DNA from: Felis catus
Taxonomy: Eukaryota
Direction of reading: 5' to 3'
Length of the DNA: 64,000 nt
Assembly (NCBI RefSeq): GCF_018350175.1
Contig: NC_058368.1
Coordinates: 34,846,001 to 34,910,000 of the forward strand
The position numbers and the translations under genes are program-made. Each line of letters opens with the position of its first letter. Position 1 is the stretch's first letter. Shown one piece after another: positions 40,253-53,189 of the stretch. Below the pieces are notes generated by a model. That model saw nothing but the letters and a program-made list of their open reading frames with translations, was not told where the DNA came from and ran no database searches.

Positions 40253-40412
40253 GGGTGCCTGGGTGGCTCAGTTGGTTCAGCGTCCAACTTCAGCTCAGGT
40301 CATGATCCCATGGTTCATGAGTTCAAGCCCCACATTGGGCTCTGTGCTGACAGCTCAGAGCCTGGAGCCTCCTTCATATGCTGTGTCTTCCTGTCCCACT
40401 GCCCCTCTCCTG

Positions 40413-40443
<31 letters not shown>

Positions 40444-40468
40444 AAATAAATAAACATTAAAATTTTTT
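40253..40468 (+). mobile_element. CanSINE
   Basis: TSD aaaaatacttta at 40241-40252 and 40469-40480. Confidence 0.95.
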
Positions 40469-40879
40469 AAAAATACTTTAAATATCCCAGTTAGCAGGTG
40501 CCATTTGTTGATCACTTGTTCATGAAATGTGAAGGTATGAAAATTCCTAGATATGAACAAGAATGACTAAATAAAATCAACAAAAGTATTCTTGTACTTG
40601 GCTACAGTAATCTGTATAGAGTACAATCTATCACTGTTAAAAACCTTCAAAAATAAATTCAGTTGTTTAAATACGAAGTGCTCTCACAGACTAAATTATC
40701 TGAATAAAATTAGAGAAAGAGTCCAATTCTGGAAAACAAATATAAAATATCAAGAATAATCATATTATTTCCATGTGAATTTCAGTGTTTGATAGCATCT
40801 ATTTATAAAACATAAATTCAATTCATGTACTTAAAATACTATAACCTGCTAATGTTATCTTGAATATATACAGAGCACA

Positions 40880-42245
40880 GCAGAACTAGATGCAGACTTT
40901 ACAACTTTAGCAAAAATTAGCTCAAAATGGATAGCAGATGTAACTGTAAAACACAAAATTTTACAACTCCTATAGGAGAAAGACAAAATTATACAACACC
41001 TATGGGAGAAAGACTGTGTAATAATAACTTTTTAGGTATGACACCAAAGGCGTGATTCATGAAAGACATAATTGATAAGATGGACTTCAGTAAAATTAAA
41101 AATGTCTGCCCTATGAAAGACAATGTCAAGAGAATGAGAAGACAAGCCACAGACTGGGAGAAAGTATTTGCAAAAGACACATCTGATAAAGGACTGTTAT
41201 CAAAAATACAGAAAGAAGTCTTAAAACTCAAAAATAAGAAACTGACAATCCAATGAAAAAATGGCCCAGAGATCTTACCACTTCACCAAAGAAGACGGAC
41301 AGATGGCAAATAACCATATGAGAAAATGCTCCACATATATGTCATCAGGAAAACTCAACTGAAAACAATGAGATACCACTACATACCTATTAGAAGGGCC
41401 AAATTACTAAACATGGACAATCCCAAACGTGGTGAGGATGTGCAGCAACCGTAACTCCCATACATTGTGTGTGGGAACATAAGATAATATAGCCACTTTG
41501 GAAAACAGTTTGGTGGTGCCTTACAAAAGTAAGTATACTCTTGCCACACAAGCCAGCAGTTGCTCTCCTTGGTGTTTATCTAAAGGAATGGAACACTTAT
41601 GTCCACACAAAATCTGTATGTGGATGTTTACAGCAGCTTTATTCCTAATTGCCAAAACTTGGAAGCAACCAAAATGTCTTTCAGTAGGTGAATGGATAAT
41701 TAAACTGTGATACAATTAGAACAATTAAGTATTAGTGCTCAAAACAATTGAGCTTTTGGAACATGAAAATATATGGAAGAAACCCAAATACATAATACTA
41801 AGTGAAAGAAGCCAATCCGAGAAGGCTACATACTGCATGGTTCTAATGATATGAATTGGTGGAAAAGAAAAAACTATGAAAACAGTAAAAAGATCAGCTG
41901 TTGCCATGGGTTAAGGGGTGGGGATGAACAGGTGGGACACAGAGGATTTTTAGGGCAGCAAAAATTCTCTGTGATACTATAAGAGTGTGGATACATGTCA
42001 TTAAACATTTGTCTAATACTATAGAATGTACAACACCAGGGTAAATCCAAATATAAAATGTGGACTTGGGTAATTATGATTTGTCAGTGTAGGTTTATCA
42101 ATCATAATAAATGTATCACTGTGATGGGGAATATTGGTAATGAGTAAGACATGTTTGAGGGCAGGGCAGAGGGTATAAGAAAATCTCTGTACCTTGTCAA
42201 TTTATCTGTAAACCTAAAATTTCTCTAAAAATGAAACCTTAATAA
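40880..42245 (+). mobile_element. L1MC1/2-like element (ORF2 C-terminus and 3'UTR)
   Basis: ORFs 41059-41256 (RMRRQATDWEKVFA) and 41498-41710 (MFTAALFLIAKTWKQPKC) are L1 ORF2 C-terminal motifs; L1MC-type 3'UTR follows. Confidence 0.92.
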
Positions 42246-42296
42246 ATAATCCAGATATTAGACTTTAGAAACTCGTCTCATAAAAACGCAACAGCT

Positions 42297-42434
42297 TTTT
42301 TTTTAATTTTTTAATGTTTATTTATCTTTGAGAGACAGACAGAGAGCTGTGCACAGAGCCTGATGCAGGGTTTGAACTCATGAACCATGAGATCGTGACC
42401 TGAGCCAAAGTCAGACGCTTAACCGAGGCACTCC
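42297..42434 (-). mobile_element. CanSINE with internal deletions
   Basis: Shortened reverse copy; caacagct on both flanks. Confidence 0.88.
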
Positions 42435-43157
42435 TACAACAGCTATTTTTAAAATTTTTTATACAATGAATATTTCTGATATTGGTGTAGTCTGTTACAA
42501 GGAAGAACAACTGTGTGAGTATATCCTTCCCTATGTAAAAAAGACAAATGATATATATCTTATTAAAATTTTAATTTTTGATTTTAGTAGTCTGAGAAAT
42601 CTTAGTGATTTGTAATGATCTCTACTAAGAGTAGAAGTTAAAAAGAGCATAATGAGTTAATTTTTTAAATTGTGTTATTCACACTAAGGTCCATGGAGAC
42701 CACTCCTATATATCCCAACAGATGGGTCTCCACAATTCCACTGTGAATGTCTGACTTTTCTAGTCACATCAATCTCTAGCTTTTGAAGTCTACGGTATCT
42801 TTTTTTTTTTTTTTAGCATGCTTTTAACCTACCCTATCTTCTATAATAACAACCAATGTGTTTTAGTTGCATATATCTTCTATCTTTGGAATTATCTGGA
42901 ATAGATTTCCTTCTATCCTGCCCACTCCTAACACATATATTTCTTTTCAATATTTTTTTTCTTTTCAATATTTTAAGCCAGTTGTTTCGATACTGTAATA
43001 TTCCACTCAGGCCTCCTCTTCAAAGTTTGTGCATTCATACTCCAACTTCTGGGAATACTAATTGCTGAGACTCACAGATCAGTTCCTAGTTGAGAACTGC
43101 CCTTGACCACAGAGAACTTCATTACCCAGAAGCTGCTCATAGCCAATGAGAGGTTGA

Positions 43158-43208
43158 CGACCTGAGTCGAAGTTGGACACTTAACCGACTGAGCCACCCA
43201 GGTTCCCT
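43158..43208 (-). mobile_element. CanSINE head-only fragment
   Basis: gacctgagtcgaagttggacacttaaccgactgagccacccagg. Confidence 0.85.
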
Positions 43209-44799
43209 GAATTCTTTAAAATATATAGATAACAGAGAAATTTAAAGAGAAGAACAACGTTACAAGTAGGGATTTTGCCCTAACCTCAGTATGAAATCCT
43301 AATAACTCCAGCTGTATTGCTTTTACTTATACCAGTGGTGGGCCTAATACATAGAACCGAGTCCAAAGCCAGTAGCCTCTATTTCTTTGTACTTCATGAA
43401 GGAAAAACTTGTTCTAGGCAGAGAAGACCAGTCATTAAGGAGAAGCTGGGCAAAGATGACTATTGTAAATCTTCCTAGGGAAAGCTCAGCACCCCCTTAG
43501 CAGCTCTGAAAAGCTCTTACAACTCCAAGTACACAGAACACATCATTCTTAAAAACAAAAACAAAAACAAAACAACAACAACAAAAAAACAAGGAAACAG
43601 AAAAAGAAGATGCACTTGATCAGATAAGACCTATCACCTTGCTATTAATGTTTGGTCCTTTACAAATTTAGCCCATTCAGTGGATGTCTTTGAACTTTGC
43701 CATAAAAATCATCACCACTTCTTGGGAAGATAAAAAAGGAGAGAAATGATGAAATCCTTCACGGAAACAATACTGGTTACAAAGCCTATTACGTAGGGCT
43801 TTATATATAGGGACTGATGTATTTTAGTATTATTTAATTATTAAGATAGTTTCCCAAACTGTAAGCACTCTAAAAAAAAAAAAAAAAAAGACCCACGCAT
43901 GCCCTTTTACCTTTGTTTCTCAGGTTCAATAATAATAGCCTGTGACATACTGTAAGTATACAAATTGTTTTCCAATAATAAATAATCAAATACATATGAA
44001 AATTTGATAAAATGTGTGTTTATCCAAGTGATTGATAATAGTTTGGAAAAATCAAATACTGATCCATTCATGTGCTATTAGGAATCTCTAGTTTTATAGT
44101 TTTATTAGTCAACATAGAGTCCAAACATCTATGAATCCATCTAATTAGTATTCATAAGAATACTAATTAGAAGGTTTATCAAATGTACTCCTAAAGTTAA
44201 GCTAAATTATTACACATATCTGTATATATGGACAATACAAATGACCATATAAATTGTCCACTATATTGTTGTGGGGACATCACTTGAATGGAACCAGTGA
44301 CCTTCAATCAGGCGGTTCTCTAATATCGCCCTGAAATTTGGTCTATAGAATTATTGGAAAGAAATTATTTCTTCACATTGTCCATAATGAATGCATGTGG
44401 ACTAATTATGGCCACTGATTTTATTTCTAACTACTCGCAAGTTATAGTCAAATTTATCAGAATATATATTTTCTCTTTTTGTAAACAGAACATATGCTCA
44501 TTATCAATACTGGAAAATCGGTAGTATTTCTCATATTTCTCATGGATTACTTACAGTGGTTCTGTGGTTAAAGTTACAACATATTTTAAGCAACCTGTAA
44601 TGTAATTCTTCCAGTTCTGGAGACCTAATATCATTTAAATGATGTATTGGTTTTTGTGCATATGTGCCACTTTTTAATAGACATTGTCAATGGTCTGTCC
44701 ATGGCCTTTTAAATCCCTTTACCATTTTTATACATACTGGCTCCCACTGTGTTTTCATCCCTCAAAGTCAGTTTCTGCACTCCTTTCTTAGAATCTTGT

Positions 44800-45631
44800 T
44801 ATTAGATTCTAGGTCTAGATTTTGGAGTGCCTAGGAAGTTCTGTCCATGTGGGGCAGCCACTAATCCAAGACTGATAATACAATGGCATAAATACTTTCA
44901 TTTTCTTATTTCTGAATAAGACAACTGTGATGTGTAGGCTACAATGTGTGCAGAGCTTCCTGTGGGACTGAGCCAAATTAGATTATGAGGAACTATGTCT
45001 GACATGATAATCTACTTGGCCTCCTACTCCATTAGGGGTTGAATTATGTCCATCCAAAAACAAAAACAAAAACAAAACAAACAAACAAAAATATGTTGAA
45101 GTACAAATCTCCATTACTTCAAAATGTGACCTTATTTTGAAACAAGTTTATTACAGAGAGAAGAAAATTAAAATGAGGTCATTAGTATGGGTCTTCATGC
45201 AGTATGACCATCGTCTTTATAAGAAGGAATTTAAACACAGACATGCACACGGGGAGAACAGCATGTAAAGATGAAGACAGAGATGGGGTGACATATCTAT
45301 AGGCCAAGGAAAATCAAAGATTGCCAACAAACCACCAGAAGCTAGGAGAAACACAGAACAGGTTCTCCCCAGCACTCAGGAGGAACCAGTCCTGCTGACA
45401 CCCAACTCTCAGAGGTCTACACTTCAAAACTGTGAGACAGTGTACTTCTGTTGTTTATGCCACCCAGTTTGTGATGCTTTGTCACAATATCCCTGGTAAA
45501 CTAAAAACTTTCCTGTAAGACTTCCCTACTCCCCCCACTTCCCCACTGCACTGGGAATGTTCTCTAAAAAAATCATTTTTATACATGGTACCCATCTCAG
45601 TGTTTGCTTCTGGGAAATCCAATCTAAGACA
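44800..45631 (+). mobile_element. LTR16-like ERVL LTR split by MLT1B
   Basis: 3' end ccatctcagtgtttgcttctgggaaatccaatctaagaca. Confidence 0.6.
45031..45507 (+). mobile_element. MaLR solo LTR (MLT1B-like)
   Basis: gggttgaattatgtcc...aatgtgaccttattt...gattgccaacaaaccaccagaagctagg...aactgtgagaca. Confidence 0.88.
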
Positions 45632-46735
45632 AACTACTCTAATTTTATCTCAAATTATTGGTGTGTGAAAAAGATTATTAGGAGAGAATTGGAAAGACTA
45701 GTCTTCTTACAGAAGAAGTCAGACGTATTCAGGAATTGAGCAGTTAGCCTTCATTATGCCATCGATGAATATCATACCTTTCTAAGAGATGACAATTACC
45801 TCATTAACTTCTCCTCTTCTAACAACAGATACCAGCACTTTTCTCATTAACTCAACTTATTTCTGGATTTAGGTACTTTAATTCTATTCTTAGAATTTCT
45901 TGGTTTCCATTTGCTTTTTGCCTTGGTTTTGTGACCTTCCTTTCATCTTTGGAAAATACTGGTAGATTTGAGCCTTTTGCAAATTTCCCCAAACTATCAT
46001 TTAGAATCCATTTACTGTCTCCTATTTTTCTGCTTTACAGCTATGCAGAAATGTATCATCGGAATTTATTTCAGACCCTTTGAACACTGTCAACACATGT
46101 ACACTTTAGAGTTACAGATTAGATCATGGGTTCACATTTACCTTTTTAAGCTTTCCTAAAGTCAAGAGCACATCTTTGAATCTACTGAGCAATTCTGTCC
46201 TTCAACATTCTAAATTCTAAATAGGCACAGCCACTTTAATTGAAAGGTTTCCAACACACTCATATCCCCAGCCAATTTTCTTCCCTCATCTGAATGAAAT
46301 CCAGCAATTGCCCATTTGCTTCCTCATGTAAGATGAAATTGTCAACAAGGTAAATAACAAATTTATTAGATGCCATCCTTTTAGCAGAATTAGATTTCTA
46401 ACAGATGTTCACAGAGTTTAAGTCCTCCATTATTTTCATACAGATGGTTTTGTGTTAATTTGAAATCTCCTATGAATTTTTATCCATAATCTTCATTTGA
46501 TTTGAATATATATCAGTCTTTCAAAACATATTTATTTTGTATTTATGTTGTACTTCCTAGCAGCCAGATTTTGGCAGAGTATTAACCCATAATGATATTA
46601 ATGCTATTTATTTTCCTTATTTTTACTTTTACTCATGGACTCTGCTTCATAAAGCATGTATATAAAAACAAAGCATAAAATTATAAATATTCTCAATATA
46701 CTCATCTTCTGTTTTCCTTTCTTTAGAATTAGACA

Positions 46736-47104
46736 GTAGTCATCTTGGGCTGTCATAAGAAAATACCATAGGCTAGGTAGCTTAAACGACAGAAATTTGT
46801 TTTGTCACAGTTCTAGCGGCTGGAAGTCTGAGATCAGGGTGCCAGAGCTGTTGGGTTTTTGTGAGAGTTCTTTCACCACCATGCAAGTAGCTGCCTTCTT
46901 ACTGTGTACTCACATGTCGGGGGTGAGGGGTAACCTTTCCGGTATCTCTCCTTATAAGGGCAATAATCCCACATGAGAGCCCTACCCTAGGACCTGATCT
47001 AAACCTAACTACCCCCCAAAGACTGTATCTCCAATACCATCATATGAGGGGTTAGGTCTTTAACATATGAATTTTGGGGGGACATAAACATTAAGTCCAT
47101 AACA
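46736..47104 (-). mobile_element. MaLR solo LTR (MLT1A-like)
   Basis: gggctgtcataagaaaataccatagg...ggctggaagtctgagatcagggtgcc...acatatgaattttggggggac...cataaca. Confidence 0.9.
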
Positions 47105-49549
47105 ATGTCCATTGCTCTTTTCCATTGCTCTGCTCTGCCAAGTCCCGTCAATACCTCTGAAAGCACAATGTGCTAAAATCTCAAACTTATTTAATATACA
47201 ATATAAACTTCAAAGTGCTATATAGATATCTTAAGTCCTAATATAATTTAAAGCTCTCTTTTCCTTACTTCTAAGAATTACTGATTACTCCTTCAATATG
47301 GTCTTTCTCTATGTGTGCATGTTCATAACTATGTGTATACTTGCACGTGTGACATACTAGAAGAGCATCGAATTTCAAATGGATATTTTTCTTGTTTCTA
47401 CATGCATACCAGTTTAAATAATTTTGATTACATTGTCAAGTCTGACAATGAATCCGTTTCCCTAGTTTTCAGGAATTTCAACTATTTCCTGCTAGGGGAC
47501 CAGTGTTTTGTCACCAGAGTACTGAAAAATTGGTAATCTTAAATAAGAAATAAATAATCAGCTACTTTGTCTTCATTCTTTTCTGAAGTTTTGACTATTA
47601 ATATTAAGAGATGACTACTCCACAGGTGTTTCTAAGACTTTCAGATTTGTTGTTGTTGCTATTATTTTGTTTGTTTTGTTTTTCCAGGCAAGCCTTCAAA
47701 GGCAATAGAGTTTCTCCCAATCAAATTACTTGTTTCAGGCATGAACCAGCATAATGGATGCCACCGCACACTCTCAGTTCAGAGGTCACATCTCAGGTTT
47801 ATGTGTCAAGTTCTTAGACATACATATAACCTCTTTGTTTCCATTTAATAAACATTGGCCACATTTTAACACAGGTACAACTTTTAGAATTATTTCATTA
47901 GTTTGTCTTGTCTTACTAATTAGACTGTAAACTCATTTATATCTAGTAAATATTTTAAACTGTAAGAGACACCTGATAAATATCTAATTAATTAGCCATG
48001 TATGTGTTTGAAAAATTTACATTAATTTAGTATGCTGCAAAATAAAGTTTCTACATGAGTTGTAATGATCGAAATTTGACATGGGATCCCTCATATAATG
48101 AGCAAAAGATTATAAGCCAGTCACATGCTTTGCACAAAGTAATCTCCCCAAAAAAGTCAGCCATTGATGTTTATAATAACTGCACCTACAAAAATTAATA
48201 ACTATTTAAGAGTAAATTTTTTCAGAGTTCATTATTCACTTACTATTACTATTTTGTGATCTGATGTTCAAATTGATTAAGACAATCTCATGAAGAGTGA
48301 CTGCAGGCTTGACTGCAGTTTTGGATCCTAAAAGTGGCAGAGGGAAGAAAGTGATATGCTCACAGTGGCAGTTGGGACAAACTGCAAGACAGAGATTGAA
48401 AGCAGGCACTTTGTAAAGGACTTCACTTTTGAACGTGGGTTTCTTTCAAATACAAATGTCAACAATACTGCATAAAAGTGGCAATGCTCGAGGAATTCTG
48501 AATTCATAATGAAACATCATCTTTCAACTAATCCACTAAGGCCAGACACAAGAAACACCTGCCTGCTTTGCAGATTCTGTGCACTGCTTGGACTTGTTGA
48601 ATGTCTCGATTCTATAGTGCTTAAAGCAGAAAATGTCACCATGATTTCAAAGGGAGTTCTTCATGGTTAGGAACTGCTATAAATGATTGATTTCCATGTC
48701 AGCTTAAAACTGGCTAGCTTTGTCAGTTCAAGCCATGCCCTTAATGTAGTTTTAATGTTGCTGGTTTTTTAAATTATTATTTAATATAGTCAATGTACAT
48801 ACTTAACAAAACCAACCTGCAAGTGGGGCACTTTCGATCAATATTTTAGATTTTCTTGATTAAGACAAAAAGTGTGCAACTCAATTGTAAGAATTTTCTC
48901 AGTGTTTCCTGATGATTTTGATGTGGTACAGTTAATTATATGTAAACATAGACTCCTCTTTTGCCAGAAATAATTGTTGTAAATCAATGGATGAATTGAC
49001 ATCAGTTTTTCAAAGTAAAGTATTGAGTCATGTTGACACAATATAGATAAAAACCTCCAAGATAACTAAGCAACATCATAGGAAGTGATGTGAGGAATAT
49101 AGAAGGATTTAATTTGGCATGATTGATATGAACCAGCGTTAGATTTTCAGTTGCTTTTTATAAGAAATTTGATAGTATATTCATTTTTCTCTAAAATCCT
49201 CAGTTATAATAACATGTATGAATAAATTTGCATTTGAACATTTTATAAGGTTCCTAGATATCTGCAAAAAGGTAGAACTAAGGGATGAAGTAAGGTTATA
49301 CCTCCCAGGCAAAATTTTGAATACTTGTCTGATAAATATGTATAAACATGTACATAGTTAATAATATATGTAGCTTCCTATCCTTATGAGACATATTCTG
49401 TCACTGAGAAGACAATCCCTTCTTTTGAGAATTATTGTAATTCATTAAAATCAATAAAGTTTCTCATTTTTCTCAAAAAAGGAAAAAAAATACAAAGTTA
49501 AGAGCATAAAATCTCAGGTCTGAAAATCACTTCTGAAAATATATAATTG

Positions 49550-49735
49550 AATAATCTATCCACTGAATAAGTCCCCGCTGAAAAACTAAAAACTTGAAGC
49601 TCCAAGTATTTTAGCAAACTGCCCAAGGTCACAGGGCTAGTTCATGGTGAAGCAAACAGGAGCACCTAGTCTTCTATGTATTTGCTTTCACTTCAAAGAC
49701 CACATTCCTCTTGCCATGTAATGCTGCTTCTCCAA
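49550..49735 (-). mobile_element. MIR fragment
   Basis: aactgcccaaggtcacagggctagt core motif. Confidence 0.65.
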
Positions 49736-50053
49736 AACTCTAGCACGTTGGCCAAATATATGTCATTTTTACTTTTAAACATGAATTCTCTGATTTCATG
49801 CAAATATTAGTTCAGAAATTTTAAAGAGAGCTCCTTAATTTCATAAATATTCATTTGGTATCTACAACGTGCTAGACACTGTGTAACACTGAAAAAATGC
49901 TAGTGGTCCTTGTATTCATGTAGTTTGCCATCTGAAGAAATGATAGTCTTGAGCTAAGTCCTTGAATACAAATGACCTCATTTTATCATTAAAATGAAAT
50001 AAATGCTGTTATTCCTTTCTTGCATTTAAGGATGTACAATTGAATGTTGTTTC

Positions 50054-50240
50054 GGGGCACTTGGGTGGCTCAATCAGTTGAGCATTAGACCCTTACTTTT
50101 TGATCAGTTCATGATCCCAGGGTTGTGGGATCGATTGACCCCCCCCCCCCCAAGGACTCAGTGTTGAGCTTGGAGCCTGCTTAAGTTTCACTCTCTCTCT
50201 TCCTCCGCCTGTCTCACCCACTCGAGTTCTCTCTAAGAAA
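50054..50240 (+). mobile_element. CanSINE (older SINEC_c-like)
   Basis: GGGGCACTTGGGTGGCTCAA head; ggagcctgcttaag body. Confidence 0.9.
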
Positions 50241-50304
50241 AGAAAAGAAAAGGAAAAAGAAAAGGAAAACAGAAAAGAAAAAAGAAAAGAAAAGAAAAGA
50301 AAAG

Positions 50305-50336
<32 letters not shown>

Positions 50337-50560
50337 GGAAGAGAAAAGAAAAGGGAAAGGAAGGGAAGGGAAGGGAAGAAAGAAAAAGGAAAGAATAGAA
50401 ACTGCAAGAAAGGAAAAGGAAAAGGAAAAGGAAGGAAAGGAAAGGAAAGGAAAAGGAAGGAAAGGAAAGGAAAGGAAAGGAAAGGAAAGGAAAGGAAAGG
50501 AAAGGAAAGGAAAGGAAAGGAAAGGAAAGGAAAGGAAAGGAAAGGAAAGGAAAAGAGAAA
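50235..50560. repeat. (GAAAA)n/(GGAAA)n polypurine array
   Basis: About 325 bp, almost entirely A/G, read directly. Confidence 0.97.
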
Positions 50561-52049
50561 ACAGTTTCAACTTGCCCATAGTCAAAGCGTTTAATAAGTG
50601 TAGACCTGGAATCTATCTTTTCTACATCTGTTTAAACCTTCCTAGGCTTAAATTACAACTACTGACACTCTTGCCCTGTAGCATCAGGCCCTCCCCAGTA
50701 CCTGAAACAAAAATAATAGAAACAATAGAAACAACATGTATCACATTCTCTTCCCAGTTCATTCATATCTACTTAAAGGTAAAATCAAGTGAACCTACAT
50801 GCCCAGGAAACTTAACTCAATTCTGAGCTATTTGGTCCACATTACCTTCTTATGTCTCTTCCTGGTTTAGAGCCAAAACATAAGAATGAGAGCTAGGTCC
50901 CTAGATTGTACCAAATTAATAAGCTCTATTTCATTCCATCTACATGTTGGTCCAGACTAAAGAAAGAACTATGTTTCTGACCAGAGTCATATCTTTAGTA
51001 GTTATTTTGATTAGTATTCCTAGCACTCTTCTCTGAGTACAAAGTCCTGACTGAAAACCCAGGTTACTGTTAGCAATGGTACTATTAAGCCGTTGCTACC
51101 AGAACTTCTACTTTTTTTTTTTTTACCATTATAATTTATTTGGTAATAGTAAAGTCTTCTTGGTTTTTGCCAGCATCCCTCTCCATAGCAAATAACCATG
51201 TTTCCAATCAAACAGCTACATTCCTATGCAAATGGAATGAAATTTTGCAGCTTTCTAAATCCCAAATACCTACCATTATTTGGAATCCCTAATAGTGATT
51301 CTGGAAGCCTCATTGACCAAGAGAGTATTGACAGTTGTTTTACATTATGACAGGTTGTATTAGTCGTTGGACACCACGACTTGTTACCTCGATTTTCTTT
51401 GAAGTCATGTGAAGCCTAGACCTTTAAGACACTCCTCTGCCTCATCAAACACACACATGTGCACACACACTCACACACACACACCCCAGATCTAGGATCT
51501 GGTATTTTCTAGATTAGTTCAAGACCTATCTTGTCCTCTATTTATGCTATGCTTATCCTCTCTAAACCAGCTCTGTGTCTGAGTACTTACACTGCCTTGG
51601 GGGCAACATTGGCTCTATTGCGTTCTTTCTTCTTCTCTAAACTCTGGCCCATTGCTTTTCATTCATGATCTTGGTTTTTCTTCTTCCTCCCAGCTGTTAT
51701 CTGTTCAAAATGGTGTAAGACTAACCATGGCCTGGCTTGGTTAGTTGTAGCTTTGTCTGAATCTCTATTTATTACCTATTACCTAGGTTGATTCACTATC
51801 CTCAACATGTCACAATTCATGTTTTATTCTTTATTCCAGAACGTCATGCAAATTCATGAAAGATACTTCCCTGAAATTGAGGTACACTGTATTCATAGAT
51901 TTAACCTGATCTTTAGCCTTGCTAGACTGCCAAAAGGAGAAATTAAAGAAGAAAAAACTTACTTCTGCCAGGTACACCCAGTCAAGAAGCATTCATTGCC
52001 CTGAAAGGACATCACCAAAGTCATTTTGCCATATTTTTTTTCAGTGACT

Positions 52050-52780
52050 CCATGCTGGTTTTGAATACTTGTTACTTCTCCTGAGACATTCTTTAAAAAT
52101 TGGTCCTGGATTTGGTCTGGGATCAACATTTAGCTCCCTAATCAATCATTGTAAGACAGCCTATTTCTTTTCCTCTCTTCCTCTTCCTCTCTAAGTTTTT
52201 GACATTGCTATTATTAGCTTAAGAAACATTCACTAATATTTTGGCCCTTTTTCTGTTCCTTAAAAATGCCAAAGATCACCTACAGTGGTCTGACTGTCTC
52301 ACAGGCAAATTCCTTCATTGTTTTGGGATATATTTTATCTGAGCCAGACAAGCTGAACTATTCAGAGTGACTATTAGAATCTTTTTACCCACTTGGAACT
52401 AAAATCCCTCTCAAGAACATTCATTCTCTCCTTTTTAGATCATACATCACTCACAGTGACAGAGAAGACAAGTAAAATAGAGTTGAGTGGTTTTGCCTTC
52501 TCATTGTCACTTATCAACATTCAATCATTAGCTCCAGGAAGTATACCTATCCCTCCCTCCCTCCCTCCCTCCCCCACCCCCTCCCCCTCCCTCCTCCTCT
52601 TCTTCTTCTTCTTCTTCTTCTTCTTCTTCTTCTTCTTCTTCTTCTTCTTCTTCTTCTTTAATACAATTTAAAAACCCCTTAAGTTTATTATATTTTTTCC
52701 TTGGAATGCCTTGCAAAATGCAACTGCTTTGAAATTTCATCATCTTAGTATGTTTTCTCCTTCCAGGTTCTGTCAAATAT
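52050..52780 (-). mobile_element. L3/CR1 LINE remnant
   Basis: gagaagacaagtaaaatagagttgagtggttttgccttc resembles the reverse of the CR1 motif KAELLNSYFASVF. Confidence 0.65.
52551..52658. repeat. (CCCT)n/C-rich tract plus (CTT)n, about 20 units
   Basis: Read directly. Confidence 0.96.
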
Positions 52781-53143
52781 TATGTTGGCTATACCCTCCC
52801 TTTACAACTTCCCCGCAGAGCCTTTTATCATTTGATAATTTTTAAATAATGAATCCTGGTACTTGATTTCCACAAGCACAAAAAGTGTCATGTTTTAAAG
52901 GTAAACTACGAATGAGGAGTTATGTTTGAAGAGGACTGTCAGATTCTGTAAGATAGCTCAGAGTAATATTGACTTCGGAAAAGGCTCAGCTGTTGGTAGG
53001 AGGGGAAAAGGACTTGAAGAAGTAGGAAGGAGAATGGAGGATAAGGAGAAATGGAACAAAGCTTTAAGGAACATAGGTGTTACAAGAGTTGGGCAGAAGG
53101 GAGGAATATGATGGAACCTATTTAAAAGTTATGAGATACAAAC

Positions 53144-53145
<2 letters not shown>

Positions 53146-53187
<42 letters not shown>
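53146..53187. repeat. (GT)n microsatellite
   Basis: Read directly. Confidence 0.96.

Positions 53188-53189
<2 letters not shown>

Noticed and set aside
41059..41710. ORFs with real protein-like motifs
   Set aside because: They are broken L1 ORF2 remnants, as are 14273-14545, 19747-19932 and 23395-23583.
50093..52776. Poly-F, poly-E and FPFLS-repeat ORFs
   Set aside because: Microsatellite read-through; the same holds for 36742-37131.
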